In this document: positions 36,851-50,229 of the stretch, one piece after another | Numbering within the stretch: position 1 is the stretch's first letter | Layout of the letters: every line of letters begins with the position of its first letter | Source of the DNA: Spirogloea muscicola | Lineage: Eukaryota | NCBI GenBank assembly: GCA_009602725.1 | Contig: WELB01000003.1 | Location: forward strand, 1,345,710-1,409,709 | Length of the DNA stretch: 64,000 nt | Direction of reading: 5' to 3' | Made by a program: the position numbers and the translations under genes | Notes under the pieces: generated by a model | The model's database searches: none | What the model was told of the DNA's origin: nothing | What the model saw: the letters and a program-made list of their open reading frames with translations, nothing else

Positions 36851-37970
36851 AGATAGGTGGACGCGGCGGTCGAGCCGTAAGCTCCTCCACAAGTTGCACG
36901 AAGACAGATAGGAGGAGGCATTCTATAGTGGCAATGGCTATGAAGGGCGGCTGAGAAACGACAGACAGCAAGCGATGATGATGGAGCGCCAACATTCTGC
37001 TTCTCCCTTTCCAAACAACTGAAAGCTCCCAGCCATCGCAGTGGTGCGCGTTCAGTCAACCCTGCAACACTCATTTCCGGCTTTCAGATAGATTTCCAAT
37101 ATCTCGATCTTCCCTCTAAAACCTGTCCGCTCTTCTTGGGCTGGCCAAGGACCTTTTTTCACAGCCACCATCCTGCTCCTGACTACGCACTCCTGGCTGG
37201 TTATTTGTGGCAGCAACTCGTTGTCCTCGGTGCTTTGTCCTAGCCTGTTGGACAAAGCGATGGATACCCCCTGCTTCCGACCATTCTCTTGGGCTGGCCC
37301 TTTCGGCGGCCACCGCCCTCAGTGAGAGATCACCTGCCCTTTACGAGCACCCAGCAAGTGGGAGCACAAATGTCAATCGAACAATTGCGCAGGAATTCGA
37401 ACAGAGGGGCAGGTGGGCGCAACTTGCCGAAGCCGACGCGGGCGAGGGCCCGCTGGTGGGTCGCCATGGTCGCCCCTGACGCGTCGCAGGCGGAGCGCGG
37501 CGCCTGCTTCGGCCCCCCGCCCGCCAGCCCGCCGGGCCCGGCTGGCGGCGGCGGCGACGGCGGCTAGGCGCCGGGAACTGCGCCGCCGAATACGCCGCAG
37601 AGCGCGGGGCGGGGCGAGCCAGTAGCGGCTGGCGAGGAGAGAAGGCGCACGGTGCGCGTGAACTGAAAGCGTGGCCAATGAGAGAGAATTGTCCAGTGGA
37701 AGGCAATGGCTGATTGGTCACCCAGAATATTTAGTAAGCTTAAGTGTTAAAGGGGCAAGAAAAAGAAGAAGAAGAAAGACGCTTCCAGGAGAGGGCGGTG
37801 GCTCGGAGAGCCCAAGACAGAAGGACGAACAAAGGATCTAAAGCACACCGCGTCTCAAGTGGCTACGGTGTGTGCATCTGTCAATGTGCTTGCCTTCGTA
37901 CTCGGCCACTCAGACCCTCCATGACGCAATACACACACGCGGATAGCCGCAACGCGATGTGGGCCGGAGC

Positions 37971-38159
<189 letters not shown>

Positions 38160-38229
38160 CCGGACGCGCCCTGGTTGCAGCCTCTGGCATTGCACAGCCC
38201 TCGCCCCTACTTTCTGTAGGCTAGCACTT

Positions 38230-38815
38230 CCTTTCTTTGGAAGAGCATCACTTCTGGCTGTAGACGGGGAACCTGCTACCAGGAGACTAGCTTCTCTGAC
38301 CTGCGCGGCTGCTCACTAGAGAATATTGAGCACCCAGTGTCCATTCGAGTGGCTGTTGGCTCATTCGTACAAGTCATGAAGCCCAGCATCTCTGATCTGC
38401 GGCTGCTTAGCAGGGGTTACTGAGTGTCTCGTAGCAGCTTTGTTTCTGTTACTTAGCGCTTCCCCTGGCCCCCTTCTCGTACTCTGTTCATTCTTTTTCG
38501 GGTTGTTCCAGCCCCTATTCTCAATGGGCGAGCACTTTCTTCTTCATGAAGCGTAATTTCGTGCTGTCTGCGCCTTCGCTTTGTCTGACCTGTTTTCCGG
38601 GTGGCCAATCACAGCCATCGCCCTTAATTGGAAGATCTTTTCTCTCGACGAGGTACAAAGGTACTGACAGACCGAACAAAGAAACGGCTCCTCCAATAAG
38701 AAGAATGATAATTCTTCCAGTAGAGGGGCGATGGCTGTGATCGGCCACCCGGAAAATCGAATGAACGAGCTGACTTTGTCCATTCCTTTGGGCTGGCTTC
38801 TCCCAGCCACCAGTC
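38230..38815. repeat. Modular dispersed repeat block
   Basis: 38380-38545 is nearly identical to 63575-63744. The flanks contain ctcttcca / ggcgatggctgtga / gggctggc modules. Confidence 0.88.
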
Positions 38816-39429
38816 AATCTGGCAGCGCTTGCTGACAGAGGGTCAGGGCAACCAAATAAAGGCAAGTAAGAACGTATGAATGCAGGCCGCCTGCATGCTA
38901 TGCCGACCCGCCTAGTAGCCGCGGGACAGGGTTGGGCTGGCAGTGGAGGAGGCGTAGGCAGAATTATGCATAAGTGGGCATGGCGTGCCTGTGCAGACAG
39001 GGTGTGCTCGCCTGCGCTGGTTTAGCGCTCCGGCCTTTACTTGCCGGCTGTGGCTCAGTCAGCATGGCGGCCCCTCCCTGACCTCATCGCCTGAGGTTAC
39101 GTCGGATTCAGCATCCGCTCATGTTTCCCCCTTCACCTCTGTGTTCCTCGCAGTCACTCCTCGTCTCCCACATCATCATCCTGCGGCATCCGCAGCGTGC
39201 CTCTTTTGGAGCCCAGATTAGTGCAGCCGCTTTCGTTTTGAGCTATGGCCACTGAGCTGTTGCCGCCCCCGCCAATAAAGCCACTGAAAATCTCACCAAG
39301 GCCGTTCAGCTCATCTAGTCAAAGCTAGCTTTGGTAAGGGTGTGCAGAATCTGCATCAGCACATCTGTCACAATTACTGGTCCTGCTACATAAGACCCAG
39401 TAGAGACCAAGCATTGATTGCAACGGTCA

Positions 39430-40150
39430 GTGACTGAAAGAACTGGGAATCTGGCTTGTACTTTTCGTTGTAATCTGTGGCGCCATCTGCATCTTGCATG
39501 TCAGTATCCTGTCGCCCGAACAAGAGAGAACTGAGCGGACCACCTTCCTCAGGATGGGCTCTTCACTATCACAATGAAGGGCCGTGAGTAGTCTGGGAGA
39601 AGTGGCTAGACATTTCTTCCATTGTCGCTGATAAGGCGGAGGCTGACCACCATGAGCAACATGGCTGACGTCCCTTCTTCCGTGAGCTGAATGTCCTTGA
39701 GCTTGCATGTCATCATATGCACTTGTTGATTTTGTTGTTGTTTACAGGTCTACATTCTCCACTTTAAAGACGGCGCTCCTGCTGCTGATTCTTTGTGTTG
39801 CAAGGTAGTCTTTCTCCACGGGCAGTCTGAACAACACTTGATCAAGATCTGGTCTGATAGTGGCACTGACATTGAAGGCCCATATGCTGATACTGCTTCG
39901 TTCTTCATGAAATAGCCATTCAGAACCTGTGCTGCTTGTGACCCTTCTAAGAGGATCTTCCTTGCCCGTGGTTGCTCCATGCATCTCATGAACCAATATT
40001 GCGTAGGTCTGCGGATTGCCCTGTTGAGATCCTCATAGGAGGGGCAAATCATCATCGAAATGTCAAATATTGTAAACCGCTCCACGATACATGCTGCCAT
40101 TCGCCTCCCCTCCTCCACTCCGAGTTTCTCTCTGCCTCGCTTGCAGATAC
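39430..40150 (-). mobile_element. Highly degraded LINE (L1-like) reverse transcriptase remnant
   Basis: Across frames YEDLNRAI (compare LD.EKAY), AQVLNGYF...G...PLS and LDQVL follow the order of L1 RT motifs. The match is weak and the limits are uncertain. Confidence 0.4.
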
Positions 40151-41154
40151 CGTGGGTCGCCCCTACTAGCCCACCCGTAGAAGGGCCACTCTTTCTGTTG
40201 CCGGCTGTTACATGCATTCTGATGATTGATTAATAAGTCGCACTTTTAGGTTCTTCACCTTCCATGCTAGGTAGCATTGCACTTACGCTCTTGAGGTACC
40301 AGCAAAATGGCCCGAAAGGCAGTAAGCCGAGTACACAATAGATGTGCTCAAGTTTCCTGTTCAAAGCCTCATCATGACCTCATACTCACTCGGAATATGT
40401 TGCCATGCCACTGCTGATCTCCGGGCTGCCATTGCTTCTCTCACTTCCCAGCTTCTAACAGAAATGACCAAGCCACTGCCCTTTGTGCAGCCAGTCTTTC
40501 ACCTCAGCAGGCCAATCTTCCCACAGCACCTTTGCGCGCCCCTTGACAGCTGCAGGCTTTTGAGCTCGCTTTCAGCAAGATCATGTCAAGCCCCTCCCTT
40601 GACAAGCGCTTTACATACCAGTCAATCTGGAAGTATGCAGATAGCTGCATTGCGATTCGCCCAGCCATCGCTAGGCTGCAGGCCTGAGGCTGTGGAAACC
40701 CAAAAATTCAACTCACAGATCGTCTTAAAGCCCACTCCATAAGTGTTGCCACACCACACCCCCCTCTCCTGAAGTGGCTTACAAGAGCCTGCGCCTGCTG
40801 TTGATGTCATGTGGCCATTGGCCGGCTACCTCCGCACAGCGTGTAGCACGTTCATGCTTGCCTTTACTGCCACCCTTGCTGCCGCTGCAGCCCCATGGCA
40901 AATGATTGCGATGCGCCTGCACAAGAAGAAATTTGATCATCCCCATGGAGTGCCCAGCAAGGAGCAACAGCGGCAAGCGAAAGCTTGCACACAGACTTCA
41001 TTTCCTCAACGCAGGGCGGACAAAGCACAAAACAAAAGTATGCAAACATGTAGTTTTCGATGCCTGAGGTTGATCACACACCAGTGAGAAGTCGATGCCT
41101 CCCACTGTGACAGCGAGCATTGTCAATGCCGTGGCCTTGACAGCACCGTGTCAG

Positions 41155-44100
41155 TTACTCAAAAATCTCCTGGATCACGATTCGGCTGTTCTGGCTGCAA
41201 TGGCCACCACAATCCACACTCGGTGCGTGTCAAAGCTGACATCACGGGACGTCTTCTGAGGTTCTTATCTGCCTTGCTTTGCAAGAGTCCCTCTGCTTAC
41301 TTCAGGTTGCTCATGCAACTGTAAGTGCCAGACACTCAGCTCAACCAATCTGAGATAGCCCTGCTAGAGAGCTGTAGTGCTTGCATGCTATTGCCGGGAG
41401 TAGAGAGGGAAGAGGATGATTGTGTGAGGCTCTTACTGATCATCCTTGGCAATGCGGTAGTACTGCTCAGCATGCTGTCGCTGGCCAATCATCTGCGCAA
41501 AATGTTCGTCGTGCGTAATGACAATGAGCTGGAAATTCTCCTGGCCCTTCCGGTCCTCCATAATCCTGCAGAAAGCAGCGCTTTTGATTCAGCCAGTCCT
41601 GGAGTGACTGCCCAGCAACAGGGACCATTGCAGTACCCCTGCATTTTGCCAATTGAAGTCCGGAAGCTTGCAAGGGCCCTTGCAAAATGCTAATCACTTA
41701 GTACAATGCTTCAATTTAGTAAGTACGCTGGGCAGTTGCTGGTACAGTACCTAAGCAGGGCAGCAGCTAGGCTGTCGGCATTGGGTCCGTCCAGGTTGGT
41801 GGTGGGTTCATCCAGTGCCAGGATGCCACAATTGAGGCAGAAGGTCTCTGCAAGCGCCAAGCGAATGATGAGCGATGCGAGCACCTTCTGTCCAGCGCTG
41901 CACCTGCCCCTCATGTCCAGCTCCGCATCCCCGCTCTTCATCACCACCTTTGCAACCCAGAAAGAGGCGTCAGGAGGGCCGAATGAAAATATTGCTATTG
42001 CTGCTGTCTAGATGCCAAAGGCTGCACACCAGGAGACTCAAAATTCGTCCACAGCAAGGTAAGATCTCACTCGAACGGAAGATGGTCATTGAACTCGTAC
42101 AAAGAGCTCCCAACAAGACATGCCCCTTTCAGAACTGGGTCTCACTCGATATGCATATGAGCGTGTGCCCTGACCCTCGGCGTCAGAGCGGATCTCAATG
42201 TAGTCAATGTCCTGTCCGCGGTATGTCTGCTGCCAGAGCTCCTTAATTATCTTGTTGATTTCCTCCATCTTCAGCGTGTGGAACCTCATGAGAGCTCTAT
42301 GCACATGAATCCACGGCCGCTTATGAATCATTCCCAAGGAAGATAATTTATCAAGCCTGCTTGTCAACGGACAGAGCCCCCTATACATCTCCTTTTGGCT
42401 CCCTCATTGTGGCATTGCGAAGAGAATCAGGGCAACTTCCAAGACACAGTGAAAGTATGTTAGCTGTCATTGGCCAAAGGTACTTGCCTGTCGAGGGCCT
42501 TGTAGTACTTGTCAAGGTCACGGTTGGCCATCTCAGTAGTCTTAAGCTGGATCAGTTGTGTGCGGTACTTCCGGTCAATGTCCTGCACAGCATCCTCAAT
42601 GTGCACAGCTTCAAGATGGAAAAGACCAGGGTGCTCCATTTGGGCTATCAAGTGGGATGACAATGACTGTGTATGGCTTGTACAGCTTGTAGCGCTTGGC
42701 CCATCCTTAGCCTAACTGTAGTCTCACCTTATACTGAGGAGCCCTGAGGTCTGATCGATTCTTGGCGATGTTGCCTTCATAGGCTAAGAGGGTGCCCTTG
42801 CTCCGGTTCTGGTCAGCCAGCCAGCCCTGCTTTTCTTGGAGCAGGCTCTTCAACTCGGACTCCAGGGCGTTTGGGTCTCCAATGTTAACAATCTGGACCT
42901 GGGTAGCCTCTATCTGTGCAGCCAGCTTCTCCTCCTCCATGACGGTTCTATCATGCCACAGCAAGACAAATTTAGCAATTGCCACATTGCAAGGGACCAT
43001 CCAGAAGCCCCTCCAGCATATCTTAGAACTGGCTCACTCACATGTATCTGCAGAATGACAGTTATAAGCCTGGATATTCAGATGACAAGTGCCTCTTTTT
43101 GAGCGAGTCATAACAGCTGATAGTGACTTGGCTGGGCCCAGCCTACACCTTACTTCCGGTAGTTGATGTTGTCGTCAATGTTGCGCTTCACACTGGCCTG
43201 CTCTCGCAGCAAGTTCTGGTTACTCCCAAGCTCCTCCAGCTTGGTAGCCAACCTTGCCTCAAGAGCTTGCTGCTGGGCCTGCGAGTGGGCCAGCTTCTCC
43301 GTGATCTCCTTCAACCTGTCCTCCTTGCCTGCAGCCACATAGCTGAAACATGATGACAAATATTCAGGAGATGTCTTACCAATAAGAAGTAAAGATGTCA
43401 ATCACCACCAGGAGAATATGATGGGAAATTAGCATCTTAAGTTTCTCTAGCCTGCCTCTTGCTGCTGCTCTTACAACCAGATCTTGCATTCCAGCACTTG
43501 CAGAGATTGCTGCGTAAGCAAAGTTGCATCGGAGGAACTCACTTCTCCACTTTGGCATTGACGGTGCGAAGCTGATCAATGTCTCTGACAATGACTCGAA
43601 GCTCATCATCAAGCTGGTTCTCTTCAGCTTGCGCATGCTCTCTGAATTTGGCCCTGCTCTTGGCCAGCTCTTCCTGCTCCTTCTTCAGGGGCTCGAGCTC
43701 GCGGGACAATGCCTGCCACACATTGACGGCGGCTGCTTGAATAACAGAGAGATCATAAGCACTGAACACACCATGCCGTCTCAAGCTCTGGGCCTTACTT
43801 GTGACGATGCCTCCAGAAGATCCACCTCCTCCACGACACGCTTCAGCTCCACCCGCATCTCATTGACTTTCTGAAGCTCGGAGGCGATGCGGATTTTCTC
43901 TTCCCGTGCGTTTCTCCACCGCAGGTTCCAGGCCGTCCAATCGTCTTTGAGGTGTTGCTGCTCCTCCCGTAGCTTTTCGACTCTTCGACTTGCTTCGTCC
44001 CTGTTGGCAACAAAGAGTCTCGCATTGGCTTGATGCCACCTTGTGTCAGGTGCACAGACCTGCAAACGTTGACATCATGGAATTTGTGGGCATGGAAGCT

Positions 44101-47100
44101 GACCTTTTCTCCTCCAAGTTGGCAATGTCAGTGTTGACATCATCAACGCTTCGCAAGCCCTGAGAAGCTGTCTCCAGCCGGAATTCCATCTCCTCCACCT
44201 GCCTCCGCATGGTTTCAACCTCCTTATGAAGAACTTAGATCCTGTCGGCGGGTGTCTTGAGTTTCTCTGCCTCCTCAACTTCTGTGCTTACCTGAGCCAA
44301 CTCCCCTAGTCGCTGCAATTCATGGCAAAAGTCGTTACAAGTCAAAGTAAGAGACATGTAAGCATGCCTTGCTATCAAGCATGAAGAGGAGGATGCGGTA
44401 CCCAAGCATATCTAGTAGAAGCCGGAGATACATGTGGATTGAGCATGCAGAGATGCCTGAAACATATATTCTAACGTATCTGCAGAGACAAGTCAATGTT
44501 GCAAGACTGCAGTAAGTCTCCATGATGCACCTCCGAAATTGCAGGACAGAACCAGTCCTTACATCGTCGTGCCTTTCAGTAGCAACCCGCAGCTGCTCTT
44601 GAAGTTGCCTGGCAGTTTCTTTGAGGGCAGGGATGACAGACCCCTGCAGCTTCTTGTACTCCTCATATATGGGCTTCAAGGCATCCAACTGCTTGAACCT
44701 GATATCTGCCTTGTCTTTCACCCTCTTAATCTCCTGCAGCTTTCCCCTTGATGTGACACTGGCACTCCTTTGCTGTCACCTCGATTCAGGACGGCCTTCC
44801 ATCACTTACAATTCGCTGGTGACAGAGATCTGCAAGCATCTTGACCTTGACTATGACAGGGAACACAATAAGATTAAGATCACTGTATCAAAGATCACTG
44901 TATGTATGTGTGTATGTATGTCTCATTATATGAAAAACCTTTGCTCTGTGAAATATGGGATTGCATTAGGAACCTGAGAAATAAAGGTGTCTTCCTCTTC
45001 AGGAGTGAAAGGACGGTGGCAAGCTGGACAGCTGTGTGTATCTCTTGCGATTCTCTCAAACCCGCCCAAACAACGAGCCAATCCATCTGCCATGCTCTCC
45101 ACCCTGGAAGCCACATGGTGAGCTATGCATGTCAATCAAGCTGCAGATATAAACCGACAAGTGAGCAATTTGGCAAAGACCTTGACTTCATACGTGTGCA
45201 TAATGCAATCCTATTGGCAAATGTGCTAATGACATTGTGTGCCTTGCAGCTCGGGTTCAGCCACCGCTTCCTTTCCTTCCTAGACTGCTAATAGATCACG
45301 CTTATAAATTTGTCAAGAGTATCGACCTTGTGGACACACCGTGCTTGGGCATCCTGGTCTTCAGCTGCCTTCTCCATTTGATCCTGGAAGCGGTCCAAGT
45401 CAAGAGCCTTGTCCACCACAGATGTCATTCTGGTCACCAGTAGCTGCCGCTTAGCTGACATTGCAGCACCATCACATTTGAGAAGCATAAGATAGGATAA
45501 GTACGTGGTACAGTACTGCCATCATTCTCATCTACACCAGCAATCACTTGTACATCGCAATGACTTACCATCTCGCTCCTGCTCCTTCTGCTGCAGTTCT
45601 GCTCTGATGTCCTCTGACTTCCTCGACAACACTGCGACCTCATTGCCAGCCTCCTTGGTCGCACTATCTGCATCTGTCCTTGCTGTCTTCCTCATCCTGA
45701 TCACACCAGATCCTGCTGCATGTCATTGTCTCGTCATCATCCAAAGCTCTATCAAAGAATTTGTGCTGCTTTGGCTTGATGCTAGCTGCCACTTCCCTGA
45801 GACCACCTCTGAAAGTGCTCGCCCTGGGGGATATTCTTTGACGTGCCTGTGGCTCGTGTAAGCACAGATGCAGACGAACGTATGTAAGTATTGCTCTCCA
45901 TCTAGAGCAAAATGAGTAGCTTACAATATCTGCCTTTCAAGTTCCCGGGTTACGTCTTTCATAGCAAGCACTTTGTTTTTGAGGACTTTCTCAAAGGAGC
46001 CTGAATGGTCCTCATACCTGCACCCCAACTCCATAATCATCAGCATTGTGAACAATATGTTATGTCATAAAATATTGAAACAGCAGTACCAACCTCTTAG
46101 TGGAATTGAGTATGCTGTGCAGTGAGTACTTAAGCAGTACAATTGCTACAAAATTCGAAGAGTCGAAGAGAACAATACTGTGGTTCCCACTCACAGCTTG
46201 TGTAAACTACTGTCTTTCCCTAGCAGCTCTTCCTTCTTGGACTTCAGGCGCACCCTGTCAGATGATTCCTCCGTCAAGCCGTCCTTCTCACGCTGAAGAG
46301 CTTTAATCCTGTTTTCAAGGCTGAAAAGCTCACTTCTTCCCATGTCAATGACATCGTCAAAGTTCTTCTCCCTGATCTTTGTAGCAATCATATCAGCTTC
46401 CGCTTTCTGCAGAAAAGTGAAGGACAAAAATTACAAAGAATTGCAATTACTGTGAGCTTCATGCACCACTGTGGCCAAGCCGGCGCAGTATGAGGACCAG
46501 GTCAAGCGAAGTCAACAGGAGTACAGCAGCTCCTCATCTCAATAGATCTTCAGTGGGACCAGCGAGGAATACTGCTTACAGTAGAGCGTTCCTTCTCATC
46601 TATCCTTTTGACGTCGCCCTCGGAGAGAGTCGACTCCTCAACAAGCCTTCCAAGCTCCTGACTCCTTCCTTGCAAGCGTGTCTGTACAATCAATACAATC
46701 CGCATACTTGAAAACTACATCTGCTAAGGTATTGATGGCGAAACCGTACACTTTGGCAGAAAAATGAGTGAAGTTACAGAGCAGCCCACTACTTGCAAAC
46801 CAAGTGCTATTACCTTCTGTGACAAGTTGGACTTCACTTGCTGTTGACTCTCAAGGTACTTTGATTGCACAACCTCCATCTTGGACGTTAGCTTCTGCTC
46901 TTCTGCCCGATTGCCTTCCTGTAAACATTAGTCAGAAGAGATACAGCGGCTATTGAGCTTGCTCAAGCTGAGAGGGTCATTGTACATCTCATAAGAAGGG
47001 AGAAGAAGCAACCCTGACCTTCAGCTGAGCAAAGATGTGCTTCAGTTGCTCCAATTTCTGGATAGATTGCTTGTAAAACGTTGAGGCTGCATCATCTGAC

Positions 47101-49652
47101 AGGGGAAGTGGCCCAGTGTTTCCTATGCCATGCTTCTGCAGGATGGATTGCAGACATGAATCTCTATCTCGTCGATTATCTGCATGAGTCTGCGTGGACA
47201 AGCCAACACCTCAATTCAGTGACAACTTGTGTTTGTGCCCTCATTCTTGTGTAGTCAAAGAAAGTAGAGACAAGAAATTACTGCCACCAGGAAAATTCAA
47301 AAGCTACGATTCGGAATGAAATGGCTACAATTTTTCAGAGCATTGACTGGCTGTCTTTTACGCAACCCTCGCATTGAGAAGACACCCAATGCAATATGCA
47401 GGGAAGGAACAAACATCAGCTTCAGATTGGAGGCGGCCCTTTGAGGTCAAATCCCTCATGTAGGCTGCTTTGTCATTGTCAAGCTGAGCTCGAATGTCGC
47501 TAGTTTCCCTTTCCATCTTGCTGATATTCAATCTCATGGTTCCAACCGTCTCGCCGAACTTTGCTTGCCACTCCTCCAGTTCCTCAAGTGTGTCTGAGAT
47601 AAGAATCACAGTGAATTATCTGGAAGGGCCAAAAGAGATGTGAGACTGACTCCGCTGGCACCATGCAGGTATCTCCAAGTGTAGGTAATTGGCACCTACC
47701 ATCTGACGCTTCTTCCAGCTCATTGTACTGTTGCACCTTTTGCCGGACGAGCACGGATCTGGCTGCCTCTTTCTTCTGTACATCATCCTGCAGTGACTGC
47801 ATCCTTTTGAGCAGGCCCTCTGCATCCTCAATTCTTGTTTGAGCTGCCTTTATCTTATCTTCAAGCTCCTTGATATGAGCTTGCAGATGATCCGACTTCT
47901 GCTTGTCCACTTCTACATTCTCCTTCAGCTGGACAGCCCTCACATGACAGGAAAAATGTCAGGAGAAAGGTATCAGTCAGGAGTCATGCAAGAGTCACCA
48001 AGACATGTGTCATAACATCATGGCCACCCACTGTGATTAGGTGGACTACAAAGTGCACTATTCAACAAATAAGATATTGGTCACCTTCAAGTGCTTATAT
48101 GTAATGACCACTTCATTCACCAATGCAAACAACACAAGCAGAACTCCAGTGCGCTTGGCATGCGTTTCAGTGTGTTGCTCTTGATACTACTTTTCATGAG
48201 TAGGATAACCCTGCACTAAGTACACCGACCCTGTAGGCTGCATCTCGTAATGTTTGAAGATGGTCCAACTTCAACTTATATTCCTTCAAGAGTTGGGCTT
48301 GATCCTTGTGCAACTTCTTGATGACTTCCAGTGCTTTTGTGTACCTGCGCAAAGACACTGGTACGTACTGCTTAGCACTAGGTCATCAAAGCTCCAGTCA
48401 AATGTGTAGGAGCTCTCAGAGCTCCACTGCAACTGGTCAATTCTCATTAATATGTAGTAAGTGGTGGCTTGGAATCGTTGGGAAGAGTCAAGACCTGGTC
48501 GCAGAGAAAATGTCATCAAACTTTCTCTTCAGGACGGCAGCCTCAGCAAGCGGCCAATTCGCCTCATCTTGGTGAACAAAGATGACATTTTCCAGTACCG
48601 CCTTGGAGACTCCCATAAGCATAGGTACTTCTCTATCCATGTCAGCACATCTATAGCTGAGGCACACCTTCTGCACAAGCAGACTCACAGGTAAATCTCA
48701 GAGTTGCTTTGTGTCGATCCCATTCCGACTTTTGTTGTGAGGGCAACAATACAAAAGAGATTGACAAAGTCTGCAGAGCAGATTCGCAAGTGTTCACACA
48801 GTACAACTTGAGCAATCCGTGGGCTTCGGACGCACTTCGCCTGTCTGTGCATTGATTGTTTGTAGCACACTCTCGATAGCTTTGTATTCAAGCTTCGAAG
48901 CTTTCTGTGTAAGCTGGAATGAACGTATGCAGACAACGTCCTTGCCAGCCGCAGTACGAAACCGCAACTTTATTTGACCTTTTGTTTCAGTCTCGCCTGC
49001 AACCTGCAGCCAGAGTGGTCATTGATGTGCTCAGGGACTAGAGTACAATTACTAAGGAGGTGATCCTCAGCAGAGCTACGTCTGAGAATGCTGTGATCCT
49101 TGCTTGATATCTGCATAAAGAAACGTGTTTCTTTTTGCCCATAGCCAGGCTTGACAGCCTGCAGCCTGCAACTTTCTCCTTATTATATCTTGAGGGCTTT
49201 TTTCAGAAGCAACAAAGCTGCAGGGCTTAGGTTAAGGGTTTTAGCAGGGCTTGTCACAGCACCTTGGGGTCATTGATGAAGCTGTGACCAGATCTTGCAT
49301 TTGGGGGCAGCTCTCCGGTGCAGGCGTGTTTTAGGCACTCAATGATGGTCTGCATAATCACGTGGTGTCACTGAATACATGATAGACCAGAACGCGTAAG
49401 ATGACACAGCAGAGCAGATAAGGTTTCTTCTACCTCTTCAGTCGTCTCTCGGAGAACGCAGGACTGCTCAACGTCGCAGCTTGTGTGCGAGCCATGTGCA
49501 AACTATGTGGAAACCTGCTCAGTGCTCACCGTCTTGCCCGCTCCATTGGGACCAACAATCAGCGTTAGCGGCTTGAAGAAACCGATGACGCTCGTGTTAT
49601 CAGGGCTGAAGCTTCGGATGCCCTTGATGAGCATCTTGTCGATGGTCGACAT
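41155..49652 (-). CDS. RAD50: DNA repair protein RAD50 (MRN complex), more than 20 exons
   Basis: [17 protein letters not shown], Walker [35 protein letters not shown], zinc hook [10 protein letters not shown] (about 45010-45040), [52 protein letters not shown] and the C-terminus QEIFE*. Confidence 0.98.
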
Positions 49653-50229
49653 GGCGGCCAATAAGGTGGTCAGCTCGGCGCCAGCTTCGTCAGGGAGCTT
49701 GTCGTGGCAGACCGCGTGACATCCACGGGCGCTCAAAGGGCGCCGGCGGCGCAGGCTTGGCCCGGCTGCTGCAGCTGGCGCGCGCAATGGCTGGCGCGCC
49801 CGCGCGAGCTCGTCGCTCGCGGGAGAGTGGGAGCTGCAGCAGTCCCCTCGGCGGAGGCTGCCTTTCTACCTTGTAGGCATGGACATCTACCATGGTCTTA
49901 GATGTGCTTGCCTTTGTACTTGGCCATTTGGCCTTCGTTTGTTTCAAATACACGAAAAACCTACCATGGACATCTACCATCTTCCATGGACATCTACGGC
50001 GGCTACGGAACGAAGTGGTCTGCCCTCCTCCATCGCCTGGCACTGCATGTCAATGCCCGTCGACGTAGTCGGGCGGGTAGCTTAGGCCATTCTAGCGTCC
50101 CGCAAGCCATAGTTGCATGCTTTAGAATGCGGTTATCGTTGAGTCTGCAGCGCTCTCAGGCACTCGCAATCCACCAGCGTGCTGGTCGTGCATTAGCCCA
50201 GGCTAATGGCTTCTGTGGGGGTGGTTTGG

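Noticed and set aside
41155..49652. U12-type introns in RAD50 or other genes of the window
   Set aside because: The introns I could delimit begin with ordinary GT donors and I saw no RTATCCTT donor. The check was by eye and not exhaustive.
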